Shown here: in pieces, positions 45,230-57,255 of the stretch
Numbering within the stretch: position 1 is the first letter of the stretch
Layout of the letters: each line of letters begins with the position of its first letter
NCBI GenBank assembly: GCA_965240325.2
Contig: OZ251230.1
Location: 992,001 to 1,056,000 of the forward strand
Length of the DNA stretch: 64,000 nt
Source of the DNA: Rebecca billardiae RCC1528
Lineage: Eukaryota > Protista > Haptophyta
Reading direction: 5' to 3'
Program-made: the position numbers and the translations under genes
The notes under the pieces: generated by a model
What the model saw: the letters and a program-made list of their open reading frames with translations, nothing else
Databases searched by the model: none
Told to the model about the DNA's origin: nothing

Positions 45230-47599
45230 ATGTCGTGGGCTGCGGTGCCGTGGCTATTCGCTGCGTGCGCCGCAGTCGCGGCTGGGTGGTGGCTGCTCGC
45301 GCTGGTGATTGAGCTGCGCAGCTTCGTGCCCTTCGTGCCCGCACGCCGCCAGCGGCGTGGCCTAGGCCACGACCGCTGGTCGGCGTCGGCCGCCCCGGCG
45401 GACGTCGACGTGGTCGTCATCGGATCGGGCATGGCCGGGCTGAGCTGCGCGTCGATGCTGGCCAGCTTCGGGCGGCGCGTGCTCGTGCTCGAGCAGCACG
45501 AGGTCATCGGCGGCGGCGCGCACTGCTACGCCGTCGACGGCAAGTCGTCGTGGAAGTTTGACTCCGGGCTGCACTACACGATCCCGCAGGCGGCGGAGCT
45601 GCTCGCGCTGGCCGCGGGCACTGCGCGGCCGCCCGTGGAGGTGGCGCGGATGGGCGAGCGCATGGACGAGGGCTTCGTGTACGACCGCGTGCTGCTGTGC
45701 GGCGCCGACGAGCCCGAGCTCCGCATCGCGAGCGACGTGCAGCTGCTGGCCGAGCTGCAGAGGCGCTTCCCGGAGCACGCGCGCCGCCTCGAGGCGTTCT
45801 GGGCGCTGTCCGGCGGTCTGCTCTGGCGCTTCCCGCTGTGGTGCGCGTCGGCGCTGCTGCCGTGGCCGCTTCGCCGCCTCGCGCTGCGCCTCGGCCCCTT
45901 CGCCCTCTGGCGCGCGTGGAGCTCGCGCACGGCGGACGACGCGCTGCGCGAGCTGATCCCTGGCGAGGGCGCACAGGCAGCCAAGCTGCGGGGGTACCTG
46001 AGTGGCCTCTGGATCGACGCGGGCTGCCCGCCGTCGCGCATGTCCTTCTTCATGCTCGCCGCGACCACCGTCGGCTTCCCGCACGAGGGCGGCGCGTACC
46101 CCACCGGCGGCCCCGCCGCGATGGCGCTCGCGCTGGCAGAGGCGCTCGAGGCGCGCGGAGGGCGCGTGCTCGTGCGCGCGCGCGTCCGCGGCATCGACGT
46201 CGCGGGCGGCGCCGTGCGCGGCGTGGTCATGGACGACGGCACGCGTGTGCGCGCGCCAGTCGTCGTCTCGGCGACGGGGTACCGGAACACTGTCGGTGCG
46301 CGCTGGCGCAGCGGCGCGGGAGCCGCCCTCCGCGCGGGGCGCGCACCCCACTGTGAGCTGCTGCGCAGGCGGGCGGGCGGGCGGGTGGGTGGGTGCGCCC
46401 CACTCCCCAAGGCGAATTGCCGCCCGCATGCACCAGTCATGCCCGCGGTCCAGACAACCTTGGCACAGCGACAGCCCCGCGGCTGCGCGCGCCGCGTTTT
46501 GCGGCACGCCGCCGCACCCGGGGCGCCGCGCGCTCCTTAAGGCTGCCACCGGCCCCCGCAGCGCATCGCTGCGGGCCCCCCACCGGGGGTGTACGAGTCA
46601 TAAGCGCGCCACAGCACGGGGAGGGCGGGGTCGGGTGGGTGGGGGCGTGTCGCGTGCGTGCGCCCGAGAGCACGCGTGCCCGCGCCGTGCCCGCGCGCCT
46701 CCGCGCCGCGCCGCTGAGCGCCGCGTGCCCCGCCCGCCGCGCCGCCCGCCTGTGCAGAGCGACTGCTCCCGCCAGAGGTGGCCGCCTCGCACGGCATGGC
46801 GGCCTCCGCGCTGCGCACGGCGCAGAGCGACGGCTTCGTGATGGCCAACATCGCGCTGGACGGCAGCGCGGCCGAGCTCGGCATCGACTGCACCAACCTG
46901 TGGCTGCAGCCCGCCGGCGCGGCGCACGGCCACTCACTGAGCGCGGGCGTGGACGCCTACCTCCGCGCGCCCCTCGACGTGCCCCTGGGCCAGCTGCCCC
47001 TCATGCTCACCTTTCCCTCCGCCAAGGACCGCGCGTGGGCGGCGGCGCACCCGCGGCACTCCATGTGCCAGGTCCTCGCGCTCGCGCCGCACGCGTGGTT
47101 CGCAAAGTACCAGGGCGCCGAGCGGCCGGCTGCCCGGCACGCGCCGCCCGCGCTCGGCCGCGAGTCTCAGGCCGAGTACGATGAGCTCAAGCGGCGCTGG
47201 GCCGAGCGGTGCGAGCGCGCGCTCCTTGAGCACTACCCGAGCACCAAGGGGCGCGTGGCGTTTGTCAACATCTCCACGCCGCTCACGATCGAGCACTACC
47301 TGCCCTCGACGGCGGGCTCGGCCATCGGGCTGGACGTGACGCCCTCGCGCTTCACGGACGAGGGCGACATGCGCCGTCTCGACATGCGCACGAGCGTGCG
47401 CGGCCTGTGGCTCACCGGGCAGGACACGCTGATGGCCGGCCAGCCGCTCGCGCAGCTGGCGGGCGTGATCACCGCGCTGCGCATCGCAGGCCCGGTGCGC
47501 GCGAGCGGCGTCGTGTGCCGCACGCTGCTCCTCAAGCTCGGGCTGCTGGGCGGCGCGACGACGAGCGGCGCCGACGCCGGCGAGAGGAAGGCGCAGTGA
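45230..47599 (+). CDS. All-trans-retinol saturase/CrtI-like FAD oxidoreductase; intron 46296-46757
   Basis: DVVVIGSGMAGLSCA..VLVLEQH..GG..FDSGLHY; GGAYPTGG; TFPSAKD; STPLTIEHYL; GLWLTGQD; splice gives NTVE/RLLPPEV in frame. Confidence 0.9.
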
Positions 47600-48140
47600 T
47601 CAAGGTCATCAAGATCATGATGAGCCATTTCGGCTGGCGCGGCGCCGGCGCGGGCCGGGCACAACTGATTACTAGATTAGGTCAGTCGTAGACAGTTTCG
47701 ACAGGAGTTAGGAGTAGGACTAGGAAAGCGACAGCAGAACGCGTGTGATGTGGCACGCGAGACTCCGCGACACGCAGCCTCCCTCGAGACTGTAATATGT
47801 TGACAGCAAGTTATGCACTCTCATGACAACATTGATCAAGACGGACCTTGTGACAGGGGCTTGTCCGCTTGTTACGGACGTGCGCAGCGCGCGGCCCACT
47901 GTTCTCGTATTTTCCCAAAGTGCGAAAAGAAAAGAAAACGCCCCGCCACAACCGTACAAGTACCCATCTGATTCCTCGCGCGCTCGCTCGGCGCCTTCGT
48001 GCCGTGCGCGGAAGGTCTGCAGCGACAAGGGCCGCTCGCGCTGGGCTTCCAGACGCGCCGCGCTGTGCAGCGGCCATCTCTGAGGCCAACCCATCAAAGC
48101 GTGGCCTCGTGGAACAAGCTCATTGCCCAGTCCTCGCGGG

Positions 48141-48923
48141 ATGCACGCGGTCGTCGGCGTGTTGCTAGCGGCCTCCGCGTCGATCGTTTCGCCGAGCACG
48201 CGCGCCTCGCGCGTGGTGGCACGTGCCGCCGCCACCTCGAACGCCGTGGAAGTGGCATGCAACCAGGCGCGCGCCTCGCACATCCTGGTCGACACCGAGG
48301 GGCTGGTCGACACCATCCGCGAGCAGGTGGAGGGCGGGATGGACTTCCACGAGGTCGCGTCCACGGTGAGCCTGTGCTCCTCCCGAGGGCGCGGCGGGCG
48401 GCTGGGCTGGTTCTCGGCCGGCATGATGACGCCCGAGTTTGAGCGTGCCTGCTTTGACGGCGAAGTCGGCTCGCTCATTAAGGTGAACACCAACTTTGGC
48501 TGGCACTTGATACGGCTGGAGGACAAGCGCTTCCAGTCGTTCGAGATCGAGCCCGCCGAGCTCAAACAGCGGATCGACGCGGGCGAGTGCGACGGCGTGC
48601 AGCTCGTCGACGTGCGCAATCGGGAGGAGCTCGAGAAGGCGAGCATCGGCGGCGTCGAGTGGATCAACCTGCCCTTCAACGAGTACAGCGAGTGGGGCGG
48701 CAAGCTGGTGGCGGGGGAGCTGCTGGACAAGGAGAAGGAGACCATCGTCATCTGCCATCACGGGATGCGCTCCAAGCGCACCTCGCAGTTCATGCTCCAG
48801 AACGGCTTCCAGCACGTGCAGATGCTGAACGGCGGCATCGACGCCTACGCCGAGCACGCCGACCCCAGTGTCGGGCGGTACGAGAACGAGATGAAGGGCG
48901 AGGAGTGCGGCTCGTGTGGATGA
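48141..48923 (+). CDS. Parvulin PPIase + rhodanese fusion with targeting peptide
   Basis: ARASHILV..SLCSSRGRGGRLGWF..MTPEFE..TNFGWHLI; LVDVR..VICHHGMRS..LNGGIDAY. Confidence 0.92.
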   Translation: MHAVVGVLLAASASIVSPSTRASRVVARAAATSNAVEVACNQARASHILVDTEGLVDTIREQVEGGMDFHEVASTVSLCSSRGRGGRLGWFSAGMMTPEFERACFDGEVGSLIKVNTNFGWHLIRLEDKRFQSFEIEPAELKQRIDAGECDGVQLVDVRNREELEKASIGGVEWINLPFNEYSEWGGKLVAGELLDKEKETIVICHHGMRSKRTSQFMLQNGFQHVQMLNGGIDAYAEHADPSVGRYENEMKGEECGSCG

Positions 48924-49848
48924 GGGCGCGCGGCGTGGCTGGCCGGCGTGGCGAGAGCATACGCACGCGCGTACCCCGCGCGCAAGATGGCCAATGGCCA
49001 CACACGCGTGCGAGCGCGCACCACGGTGACAAGGCCCGCGCCCGGCACGGGCTGCGGCCCAGAGGCGGAAAACGGTCATCGCGGAATCATTGAACGTGCC
49101 ACTCGTGTCTCGTGTCAGCCTGTCAGGAGCATTGCACGCCTGCACAGTGACAATGTACTCAGTGCATCAGTAAATTTAGAACTATAATTCGACCCGTAGT
49201 CAGAATAGTGACTCCGATGATGCTCACGAGTCCGATGCAGCAGGCCGCGGGTCCGCGCCGACCGCGGTACGCGCACCGTGACCCGTGACGCGGCCCACGG
49301 TCCGCGCAACGAGACAGTTTGACACTGCGCTGCTCCACGCCTTCGAAGCCGCTATCGGCCGCTCATCCACCGCTACGCTCCAGGTCCTGCGCTTCCTGCA
49401 GCGCGGCGTCGCCTTCCGCCGCCCGATGGGCGGCGGGCCTTCCGCGGCTAGTCCCCGCACGCCCGACGCTGCAGGCCGCTGCAGCTGGCCGGCCGTCCGG
49501 CCGAGCTCAAAAGACCACCACTCGATCTGCGCCATCTGATGCAGTCAGCTCACAGCACCGCGACTGCGCGCGCAGCAGGCCAAGTACGACGTGGTCGCGA
49601 CGGCGCTGCGTGGGAGCGAGTTCGAGCCAGTGCTCGGCGACACGTGTGACGTGGGTGCCGCCGTCACCGTGTGACGTGCAAGTCCGTGAGTGAAGTCGCG
49701 CGCGAGCGCGAGCTCGTCGCGCTCTGGGTGCGCGCGCCTTTAAATAAATGATATGAATTCCGCCGATGAAATCGGCCGACAGCCGTCGCCCGTCGGGCGT
49801 GTGGAGTGTATCTCGCCTGCCTGAGCTGTGTGCGTCTCTTATTCTTCC

Positions 49849-50596
49849 AACCGGTCCAGACCTCAGGATTATATCCTTAACGTGCACGCCAGTGGGCGGC
49901 CCACTGGCGTGCACGTTAAGGGTTTCGTCAGGTTGGCGCGCGCTGGGGCGGACGCTCCCGCCGCCACCTCGCTCTCGCCTTCCGCCGCCAGGGCGAGGCC
50001 GCGCGAAGTCCAGTAGATCTTCCGATGGGACGCAGCGGGGCGGTAGCGAAGCGGTGAACTACTGTCGCTTGCGCGTGGCGCAGCGCTTCGCGCCCTCGCA
50101 CCTCGACGGTCAGCTGCAGGCCCGCGCGAGCGCGAGCGTGTGCCGCCGCCACATTCAGCCAGAGACATGCCGCGCCTTGCCTGCCGAGGCAGCGAAGAGG
50201 CACGCACGTGAAGCCGCTGGGCACCATGGCGTGCGCCCACGACCGTACTGTCACATGGCTCACGCCGTCCTGGGATGCGCGCCTCGGGTTGCGCTCAGCG
50301 CGCGCATACTTTGCGGGGACGACTGAGCACGGCTGAAGCCGAGAGGCGGCGCACACGCCCGTGCGGGCTCAAGGCGCCGAGAAGATGGTCAGACGCGAGT
50401 CGCCCGGCGCAGGGCAGCGCAGAAAGGCCCTATGCCTCTGCCCGACCGCGTGCGCCATCGCCGCGTGCACGTCTACGACCGAGGCGGCGCGGCAGCGGGC
50501 GGCGCCTCGCGGCGGATGGCTGTGGCGGGCGCACGCGGCGGGTTTTGAATTTCTCTCATTTTCCGAGTTTCCCAAATCCTGAGGTCTGGACCGGTT
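49849..50596. mobile_element. MITE-like element with perfect 22-bp TIRs
   Basis: AACCGGTCCAGACCTCAGGATT (49849-49870) / AATCCTGAGGTCTGGACCGGTT (50575-50596). Confidence 0.75.
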
Positions 50597-50603
50597 ATTG
50601 GTA

Positions 50604-50652
50604 AATCTCGCCTGCCTGAGCTGTGTGCGTCTCTTATTCTTAGTAAACTGTA
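50604..50652 (+). repeat. Family-1 element end (truncated twin at 49810-49846)
   Basis: Exact consensus ending TAGTAAACTGTA. Confidence 0.9.
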
Positions 50653-50671
50653 CGGCCGCCGACGTCAAGCT

Positions 50672-53005
50672 CTGACGGCGGCAAATTGTCCATGCTGGTG
50701 GAGTTATTGTAAACTCGCGCCAGAAAAAGGAGAGGGGAGAAAAAAGGAGAGAGGAGGAGCAGGAAGGAGGGAGAAGAGAGGGGGAAGAAGAGAGGGAGGA
50801 ACAGCAGGATCATCGTAGTTGGTGATAGTGGCGGTCAGTCTGATACAGCTGGGCGCTCGGCCAGGGACGTCAGGCCTCGGCTACAGACGTGCCATCAGTC
50901 GACTGTGGCTGAATCGGTCACGCCTGCTCGTCTCTGCAGCCCTCATGACAGGCGATGACAGCGACCCCTCCCGCCTCCGCAGGCAAAGCGCACGCCGTCA
51001 GACCTGGGCTCAGTGAGGCGGTAGCGGTGCGCACACGCCCTGCCGTCACAACCACAGGCCGATGCATTCAATGGGCAGCTGGCTGATTCACTCATCGACC
51101 ACTGCTGCTGAGCAAGAGGAGCGCTCGAGTGCGGGGCGCGTCTCAGGCCAGTCAGCGGCCATCGCGCAAGTGGGCGGCACTCCGCCCATCAGCAGCCTCC
51201 GCACACGTGCGAGCTGAAGTGGAGCTGTGCAGGTGGTCACGCGACAGACGAGAGGAGGCGGCGGAATGCGGGCGAACAGTCGCCTCGGCCGATGCGCACG
51301 AAAGCGTGTGTCAGTCAGCGGATGGCTATTGCATACGCACACGGCACAGCGCACGGCTGCCAACAGCACGTGCCACTGGGTGGGTCGCTGTCACAAAGGA
51401 CTCAGCGCCGCGAGAGCAAGGAGGGCTGGCCTGACGACGGGGCGCGCGAGTGCAGGTGCGGTGGACCGGTGCCGCGGCCTGTATGCGACTCCCGATGCAA
51501 ATGCGCGCGCGTGTGCGAGTGACTGAGCGGCCGAGTGACTCAGTGAGGGTGTCGTCCAGCCTCTGCGGCACTCAGAGACACTGGAGGGCTGCTGCGGTGC
51601 ACCCATGTGCCTTCCTCAGCCGCCTCACGCGCCAAGTGGCACGCATCACGGCGGCAAGAGCGTCCGCGACGTTGGCGATCGCAGGGCCGCCCCCGAGCAG
51701 CTTTAGCGCCTCGTCCCCGGTACCGCCCGGAGCCCAAGCTGCTGAAGCTCTGGGCCGACCACGATCTCGCACTCACCTACCGTGCAGCAGGGGCCGGCTT
51801 CGCGAGCGCGGACGCACGCGCATGGTCCCTCGCTCCACGGTGTGCTTCCTCTCGCATATCTGCTGCTGATCGCGCCTCTCAGCCATGCGCCCAGCGCCGC
51901 CGCGACAAGCTGCGCAGCGCCGCGGCTGTCGGCGCGCGCGAGCGCGGCCGCCGCTGCTAGGCACGCAACGGCGGGCGGCGCGCTGTGCGGCGCGGCGGCG
52001 GGCGGCGCATTCGGCACTGCCGGCGCCACAGAGGGCGTGCGCTCGCAGCTGAGACTGTAGTGCGCGTCTACCCATCACCCGCGTCGCCGCCCGCTAACGG
52101 CAGCGGCGGCCGCCGAGGGCCGCGCGCACAGGCGGCGTCGGTGTCACGGGCGCGCGCGTGTGCGTCACGTCGTCGGCGAAGGGCAACGCCACGGCGCCCC
52201 GCATCGGCCGCGGCCGGCATGGCATCGCGAGATACGGCCGCGTCCACCGAAGGTCGGCGGCGCTAGCACCGAAGTCAGCAACGTGAGCAGCGCCAACGCC
52301 GGCGCTGACAAGAGCTTGTTGCGCATGGACTGCTTCGACTTAGCAATCAGACGCCACGTGGGTGGTCAGGCGCGTCCCCTGCCGACACGCGTATATGTGC
52401 CAGTGGGAGTCATGCACGCGATGCCACGGCGTTTAGCGTCGATCGTGCGTTGCCAAACGCGCCTTGAGGTCGCTCCCCACGCGCGGTCTCAGGGTGTTTG
52501 AACCCCTCGCCGGGCGCCATCGTCAGCGACCAAGTGCGAGGGCCGGAGGAGGGGAGTCAACGAGGGCCAAGGGCGTTGTCGCCGCAAGGCCTCCGCCAAC
52601 TCGTGCAAACCATTGGCTGAGCCAAAAGATGGCAGTCTGAAGTCCTATGTGAGCCAAAAGATAGCCCAATAAGTAAAAGTCCTGCCCAAGCCCTTCCGGA
52701 CAGCCAAAAGAGTCCACCAGCATGCCCTAGTAGCCGCTGACGGGGCAAATTGTCCATGCTGGTGGAGTTATTGTAAACTCGCGCCAGAAAAGGAGAGGGG
52801 AGAAAAAAGGAGAGAGGAGGAGCAGGAAGGAGGGAGAAGAGAGGGGGAAGAAGAGAGGGAGGAACAGCAGGATCATCGTAGTTGGTGATAGTGGCGGTCA
52901 GTCTGATACAGCTGGGCGCTCGGCCAGGGACGTCAGGCCTCGGCTACAGACGTGCCATCAGTCGACTGTGGCTGAATCGGTCACGCCTGCTCGTCTCTGC
53001 AGCCC
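50672..53005. repeat. Pair of near-identical 270-bp direct repeats (50672-50942 and 52737-53005)
   Basis: Differ by about two 1-nt indels; each holds a long purine tract. Confidence 0.92.
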
Positions 53006-55360
53006 GGCTGCGTCGTGCCCCCGCTCCTCGAGTCGTTCGAGCGCAACCCGTGCAACCAGCGCCGGCTGCGCGAGGCGCTCGAGCGCGCGATCGCGCGGTG
53101 CGACGCGCGTGAGCTGTGGACGCTGTGCCGACAGGTGGACGCTGCGCACAACGCGCTGGTGAACAAGCTGGACGCGGCGTACGTGCCCGGCTGGCGCGTG
53201 GGCGCGGACGCGGACGACGATGACGACGAGGTCGAGCTGGCGCTGACGCCCAGCCGCCGCCCGCTGGCCGGCGCCATCGTGGACCTGGAGGGCTGGAGCA
53301 CGGAGGAGGACGAGGAGCCGGCGGCGTGGCGCGCGCGGGCGGCGGAGGCGGCCCCGGGACTGCCGGCCCGGGTCAAGACGGATGAGCTCGGCGGCGCCGC
53401 GGCGCCGGCGTCTGAGTGCGCGGCGCCCGCGCAGGCGCCTCCGGCGCCCACCGGATGCGGGGACAGTCAAGAGGCGCCAGCGGCAGAGGCGGCGGAGGCG
53501 GACGCGTCGGAGGCGCCTGCGGTGAGGAGGAGTGGCAGGCGCAGGAGGACGCGCGTGGAGTTGCCGCCTGACTCGTCCGGCAGCGAGTCGCCGCCCCGGC
53601 GACGGCGCGTGCTACGGTGCGGGCCCGCGCCGGATGCAGCGGCGGCCGCCGCAGCGCACACATCGTGCGCCGACCACCACCCGGCCGCGCCCGCCGCCGC
53701 CGCGCCGTTGAGACCAAGCAGCGTGGCGGCGCGGCCCGGCGGCGCGGCGCGGAGGGAGGCGCCGAGGGAGGTGATCGACCTGACCGAGGACGCAGCGGGG
53801 GGCGCGCTCGCGCCGGGTGCGGCGGCAGCCGATGCCATGCGCGCTGACAGCGACTGGAGCGATCTGGACGACAGTGCGAGCGAGCATGGCGCTGCGGTGG
53901 CGCGGGGCGCGGCGGCGGCAGCCGCGCCCGCGCCCGCGCCCGCACAGGCGCCCACACCCGCGCGCGCCGAAGAGTCAGCTCCCGAGCACGCGCACACGCA
54001 GTCATCTGCGCGAACGGGTGTGAGTGCGATGCGCGCTGCTGGCGACGCCGAGGGCGCGACGGTGGGCACAGCGGCGCATGCCGCCCAGCGTGCCACGGCC
54101 GACAGCCCGGCCGCCGCCGCGCCAGGCGATCTCGGCGCGCGCTCGACACAGGCGGCACCGCCGGCGCCAGCCGAGAAGCCGGCGCCACTGGTGCCGCCGT
54201 GCGGCGGACCCCGCGGCGCCTCCGTGCTCAAGGGGCCCGCGGTGCCCGCAGGCGCCTCGGGCGCCACGCCGGTGGCCGCTCCCACGCCGGCAGCGCCCGG
54301 CCCGGCAGCACGCCACGCCGCGGCTCTCCCGTCTGCGCCCACTGCGACACCCGCGCCCGCGGCCCCGTGTGTGCCCACGTGCGTGCCCGCGTGGCCGAGC
54401 GGGTCCGCGAGCTCTCTGCCTGCCGGCCCTCCGAGTGCCACGCACTACCACCATGCTGCCTGGCCCTTTGTCGCCGCGCTGCCGATCTCCACCGCGCTCC
54501 CGGCGGCCGCCGCCCCGCCGACCGTGGCCGCACCGCTGCCCACAGCAGTGCCGGTCGACACCGCACACGCTTCCGCGCCACACGCGCACACGTCGGCAGC
54601 GTCGCTGGCGGTGGAACTGACCGCGCAGCTGGCGGAGGCGCTCCTGCCGCCACGCGGCAATCATCCATTTGGCGGCACCGAGCCGGCTCGAGTGGCGGCG
54701 ATGCACGCGGTGGCGAATGCGCTCAGACCGGGCGGCGACAGCAGCAGTAGGCACACGAGTGCGCAGGCGGACGCGGCGGCGAGTGCGGACGCCGACGCCA
54801 GCGCCCGACGGTGCGCGCACGCAGGGGCGGCGGAGGCAGCGGAGACGGTGAAGGCGCAGACGCGCGAGCTGCTGCTCTCGAGCTGCTCAGTCATGCGCTG
54901 GCTGGCGCAGACCATACACCCTCTCCCGGCCGGAGGCGTCCACGGCGCCGCCTTTGCCGCCGTGCCGGGCGCATCGCAGGCTGCGCTCGACCTCCTCCGC
55001 GTTCTGCTGCCGCGGGCCGCCGCATCCGCCGCCGAGGGCGCAGGCGCCAGGTCTGACGCGGTCGACGGCTGCAGACTCCCTGAGACGGCCGTGCGCGCCG
55101 TGCTCGAAGCTCGCTTGCCGTTCGCACTCTGGTGCGCTATCAGCGTGCCGCACACGCGCGATCGCGCGTGCGACGCGGCGCTCACGCTGAGCGCGGTCCT
55201 GTGCCCAGCGGACCTCGCAGCGATGACGCCGGCGGGTTGGGCCCGAGTCGGTGTTACGAGCGAGCGGGACCAGCTCCGAGCCCGTACCGATTATGATGGG
55301 ATGCACGCGGCGCTCACGCTGAACGCAGTCCTTGTCAGACTGGGCACCAGTCCTCGGTAG
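53003..55360 (+). CDS. Hypothetical Ala/Pro-rich protein, probably a terminal exon
   Basis: Long ORF preceded by acceptor-like CTCGTCTCTGCAG; no early ATG; no recognisable domain. Confidence 0.45.
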   Translation, partial: PGCVVPPLLESFERNPCNQRRLREALERAIARCDARELWTLCRQVDAAHNALVNKLDAAYVPGWRVGADADDDDDEVELALTPSRRPLAGAIVDLEGWSTEEDEEPAAWRARAAEAAPGLPARVKTDELGGAAAPASECAAPAQAPPAPTGCGDSQEAPAAEAAEADASEAPAVRRSGRRRRTRVELPPDSSGSESPPRRRRVLRCGPAPDAAAAAAAHTSCADHHPAAPAAAAPLRPSSVAARPGGAARREAPREVIDLTEDAAGGALAPGAAAADAMRADSDWSDLDDSASEHGAAVARGAAAAAAPAPAPAQAPTPARAEESAPEHAHTQSSARTGVSAMRAAGDAEGATVGTAAHAAQRATADSPAAAAPGDLGARSTQAAPPAPAEKPAPLVPPCGGPRGASVLKGPAVPAGASGATPVAAPTPAAPGPAARHAAALPSAPTATPAPAAPCVPTCVPAWPSGSASSLPAGPPSATHYHHAAWPFVAALPISTALPAAAAPPTVAAPLPTAVPVDTAHASAPHAHTSAASLAVELTAQLAEALLPPRGNHPFGGTEPARVAAMHAVANALRPGGDSSSRHTSAQADAAASADADASARRCAHAGAAEAAETVKAQTRELLLSSCSVMRWLAQTIHPLPAGGVHGAAFAAVPGASQAALDLLRVLLPRAAASAAEGAGARSDAVDGCRLPETAVRAVLEARLPFALWCAISVPHTRDRACDAALTLSAVLCPADLAAMTPAGWARVGVTSERDQLRARTDYDGMHAALTLNAVLVRLGTSPR

Positions 55361-56755
55361 TGACACCGTTTAACACGCTGCGGTGCCAGTTATTATCGTC
55401 GCGGCGCCGAGGCGCGTCGGCGTACCGTAGTTTACGCGCATCTACCCCGCGGCACACACCTGACGCACCGGCGGAGGCACGAACTCCCTAGCTACTATCT
55501 CGGCAGCCCCAAGCCCCGAGCAGGCGGGTATTCCGGGGCCGCTGGTCAACGCATATCCATCCATCTGTCACAGTGTGACATCCGCCGTCCCGGCTCAGCC
55601 CCTCCGGGGCGGTCCTTCGCCCGCCTCTGGCTCTGCTCAGAGTCGAGTTCCGGAATCCGGTGCGCAGCCGACCGCTCAATCGCCCCGGCACACGCGCGGT
55701 ATAAGCAGCCGTAGCAGGAGCAGCACCCACGCTTCAATTGGCTTCAGTCTCAAACAACGGTCCTGTGCCCAGCGGACCTCGCAGCGAATACGCCGGTGCG
55801 GGTCGTTGGGGCCCGATGAGTCGACGGTGTTCCGAGTGGCGAGCGGGACCAGCTCGTCGGAGCTCCGAGCCCGTTTAGGCCGTTCTGATTATGATGGGAT
55901 GCACTCGTGCCGGTGCGGTCTCATCTGGAGTCGTTCATTCAGGACGGCGCGGCTAGCGCTATTATAATAGCTCGCCACTCAGCTCGCCACGGCTGCTGAG
56001 CCCATTAATATAGCTATATGTAATGACGAATACGACGAGTTAATTATTCTGATATTAGCTAGTCGTAGTGCGTGCTAATTTCGCGACGAGCAAAGAAGCA
56101 CGGTGGATGAAGGCGATTGATCCTCCTTTTGCTTTGCTGCTGACTCTGAGTAGGCAACGGCCAACGGGGGCCCGAGGCTGTCCGAGCGGCTCGGCGCGAT
56201 AGGTCGTATTTACTAGAAGAGGCCACGACGATAATGAGCTTGGGGCTGGCTGCTTGCTCAGCTTGCTGGACGAATGAGAAGCTGCCTGGATGCTGACGGA
56301 GAAGCTCCCATGAGTCTGGATGAGATCAATCTTGGCAGCACATGTGATCTCAAGCGCCGCCACGGCGACAAATAGACACGAGCGAGCCTTAGAGAAATAA
56401 GAGTTGGCAGGAGGCCATGAAGGAGGTGCGGGCCATGAGGCATGATGAAGAAAGTAACTTACCACATCATGATGATAGTAGAAGATCTTGTCAAACATAC
56501 TCCCGGGTCGTGTTGTCTGTAAATGTCTGTTGGACTTGAAGGGTCGGCCAAGATGGGTGGAGCAGGAAGTCACGGAAACGCGAGCCGTGCCGGCACCATT
56601 GGGAGTACCAGCAGTCCGACCTGCCTGCAGCGGATCACTAGCACTCGCAGCAGATCATGGATTAAGCCCTTGGTCGCAAGCGGCACGTCTGCATCGCCTC
56701 CTTCGTCTAGCCTCCGGACACTGACTCGGTTATAGCTGCTCTATAACGCCACTAA

Positions 56756-56772
56756 TACACACACACACACGT

Positions 56773-56821
<49 letters not shown>

Positions 56822-56839
56822 CACTAACACACACACACG

Positions 56840-56926
<87 letters not shown>
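56756..56926. repeat. (CA)n(TA)n microsatellite
   Basis: Directly visible. Confidence 0.97.
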
Positions 56927-56929
<3 letters not shown>

Positions 56930-57255
56930 TATTAATATAACCCTGAGATAGATTTATTCGACTCATCAATAGTCTACCGCCGCGGTACGGTTTGACCGAC
57001 TCTGGCTGTCCCGCGGCCGCGGAGAGTACTTCTGCGGAACCGTACGGTTCAGTGACTCGGGTCAGCCCGCGCGCGCGGTGTCGAACCGCGCGCGAATCGC
57101 ATGCATTGCCAATATTGCCGTCATCAAAGACAGCAGTAGCACACGACGCGCCATCATCGCAGTGACTGACACTGGCGGTCAACATTTGCGCGCGTAAAAC
57201 TCGGCTGGCCGCTCGTCCGACAGGCCGTGCGGGCCGGCAGGCGCACTGCTGCCGG

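Noticed and set aside
50672-53005. Canonical LTR retrotransposon/TRIM
   Set aside because: No TSD, no primer-binding site, identity extends beyond TG..CA, and no gag/pol remnant
56055-56735. ORFs in a lower-GC segment (also 1-531, 8677-9070, 61441-62489)
   Set aside because: Short, lacking the codon bias of real genes here, no motif; possibly decayed sequence
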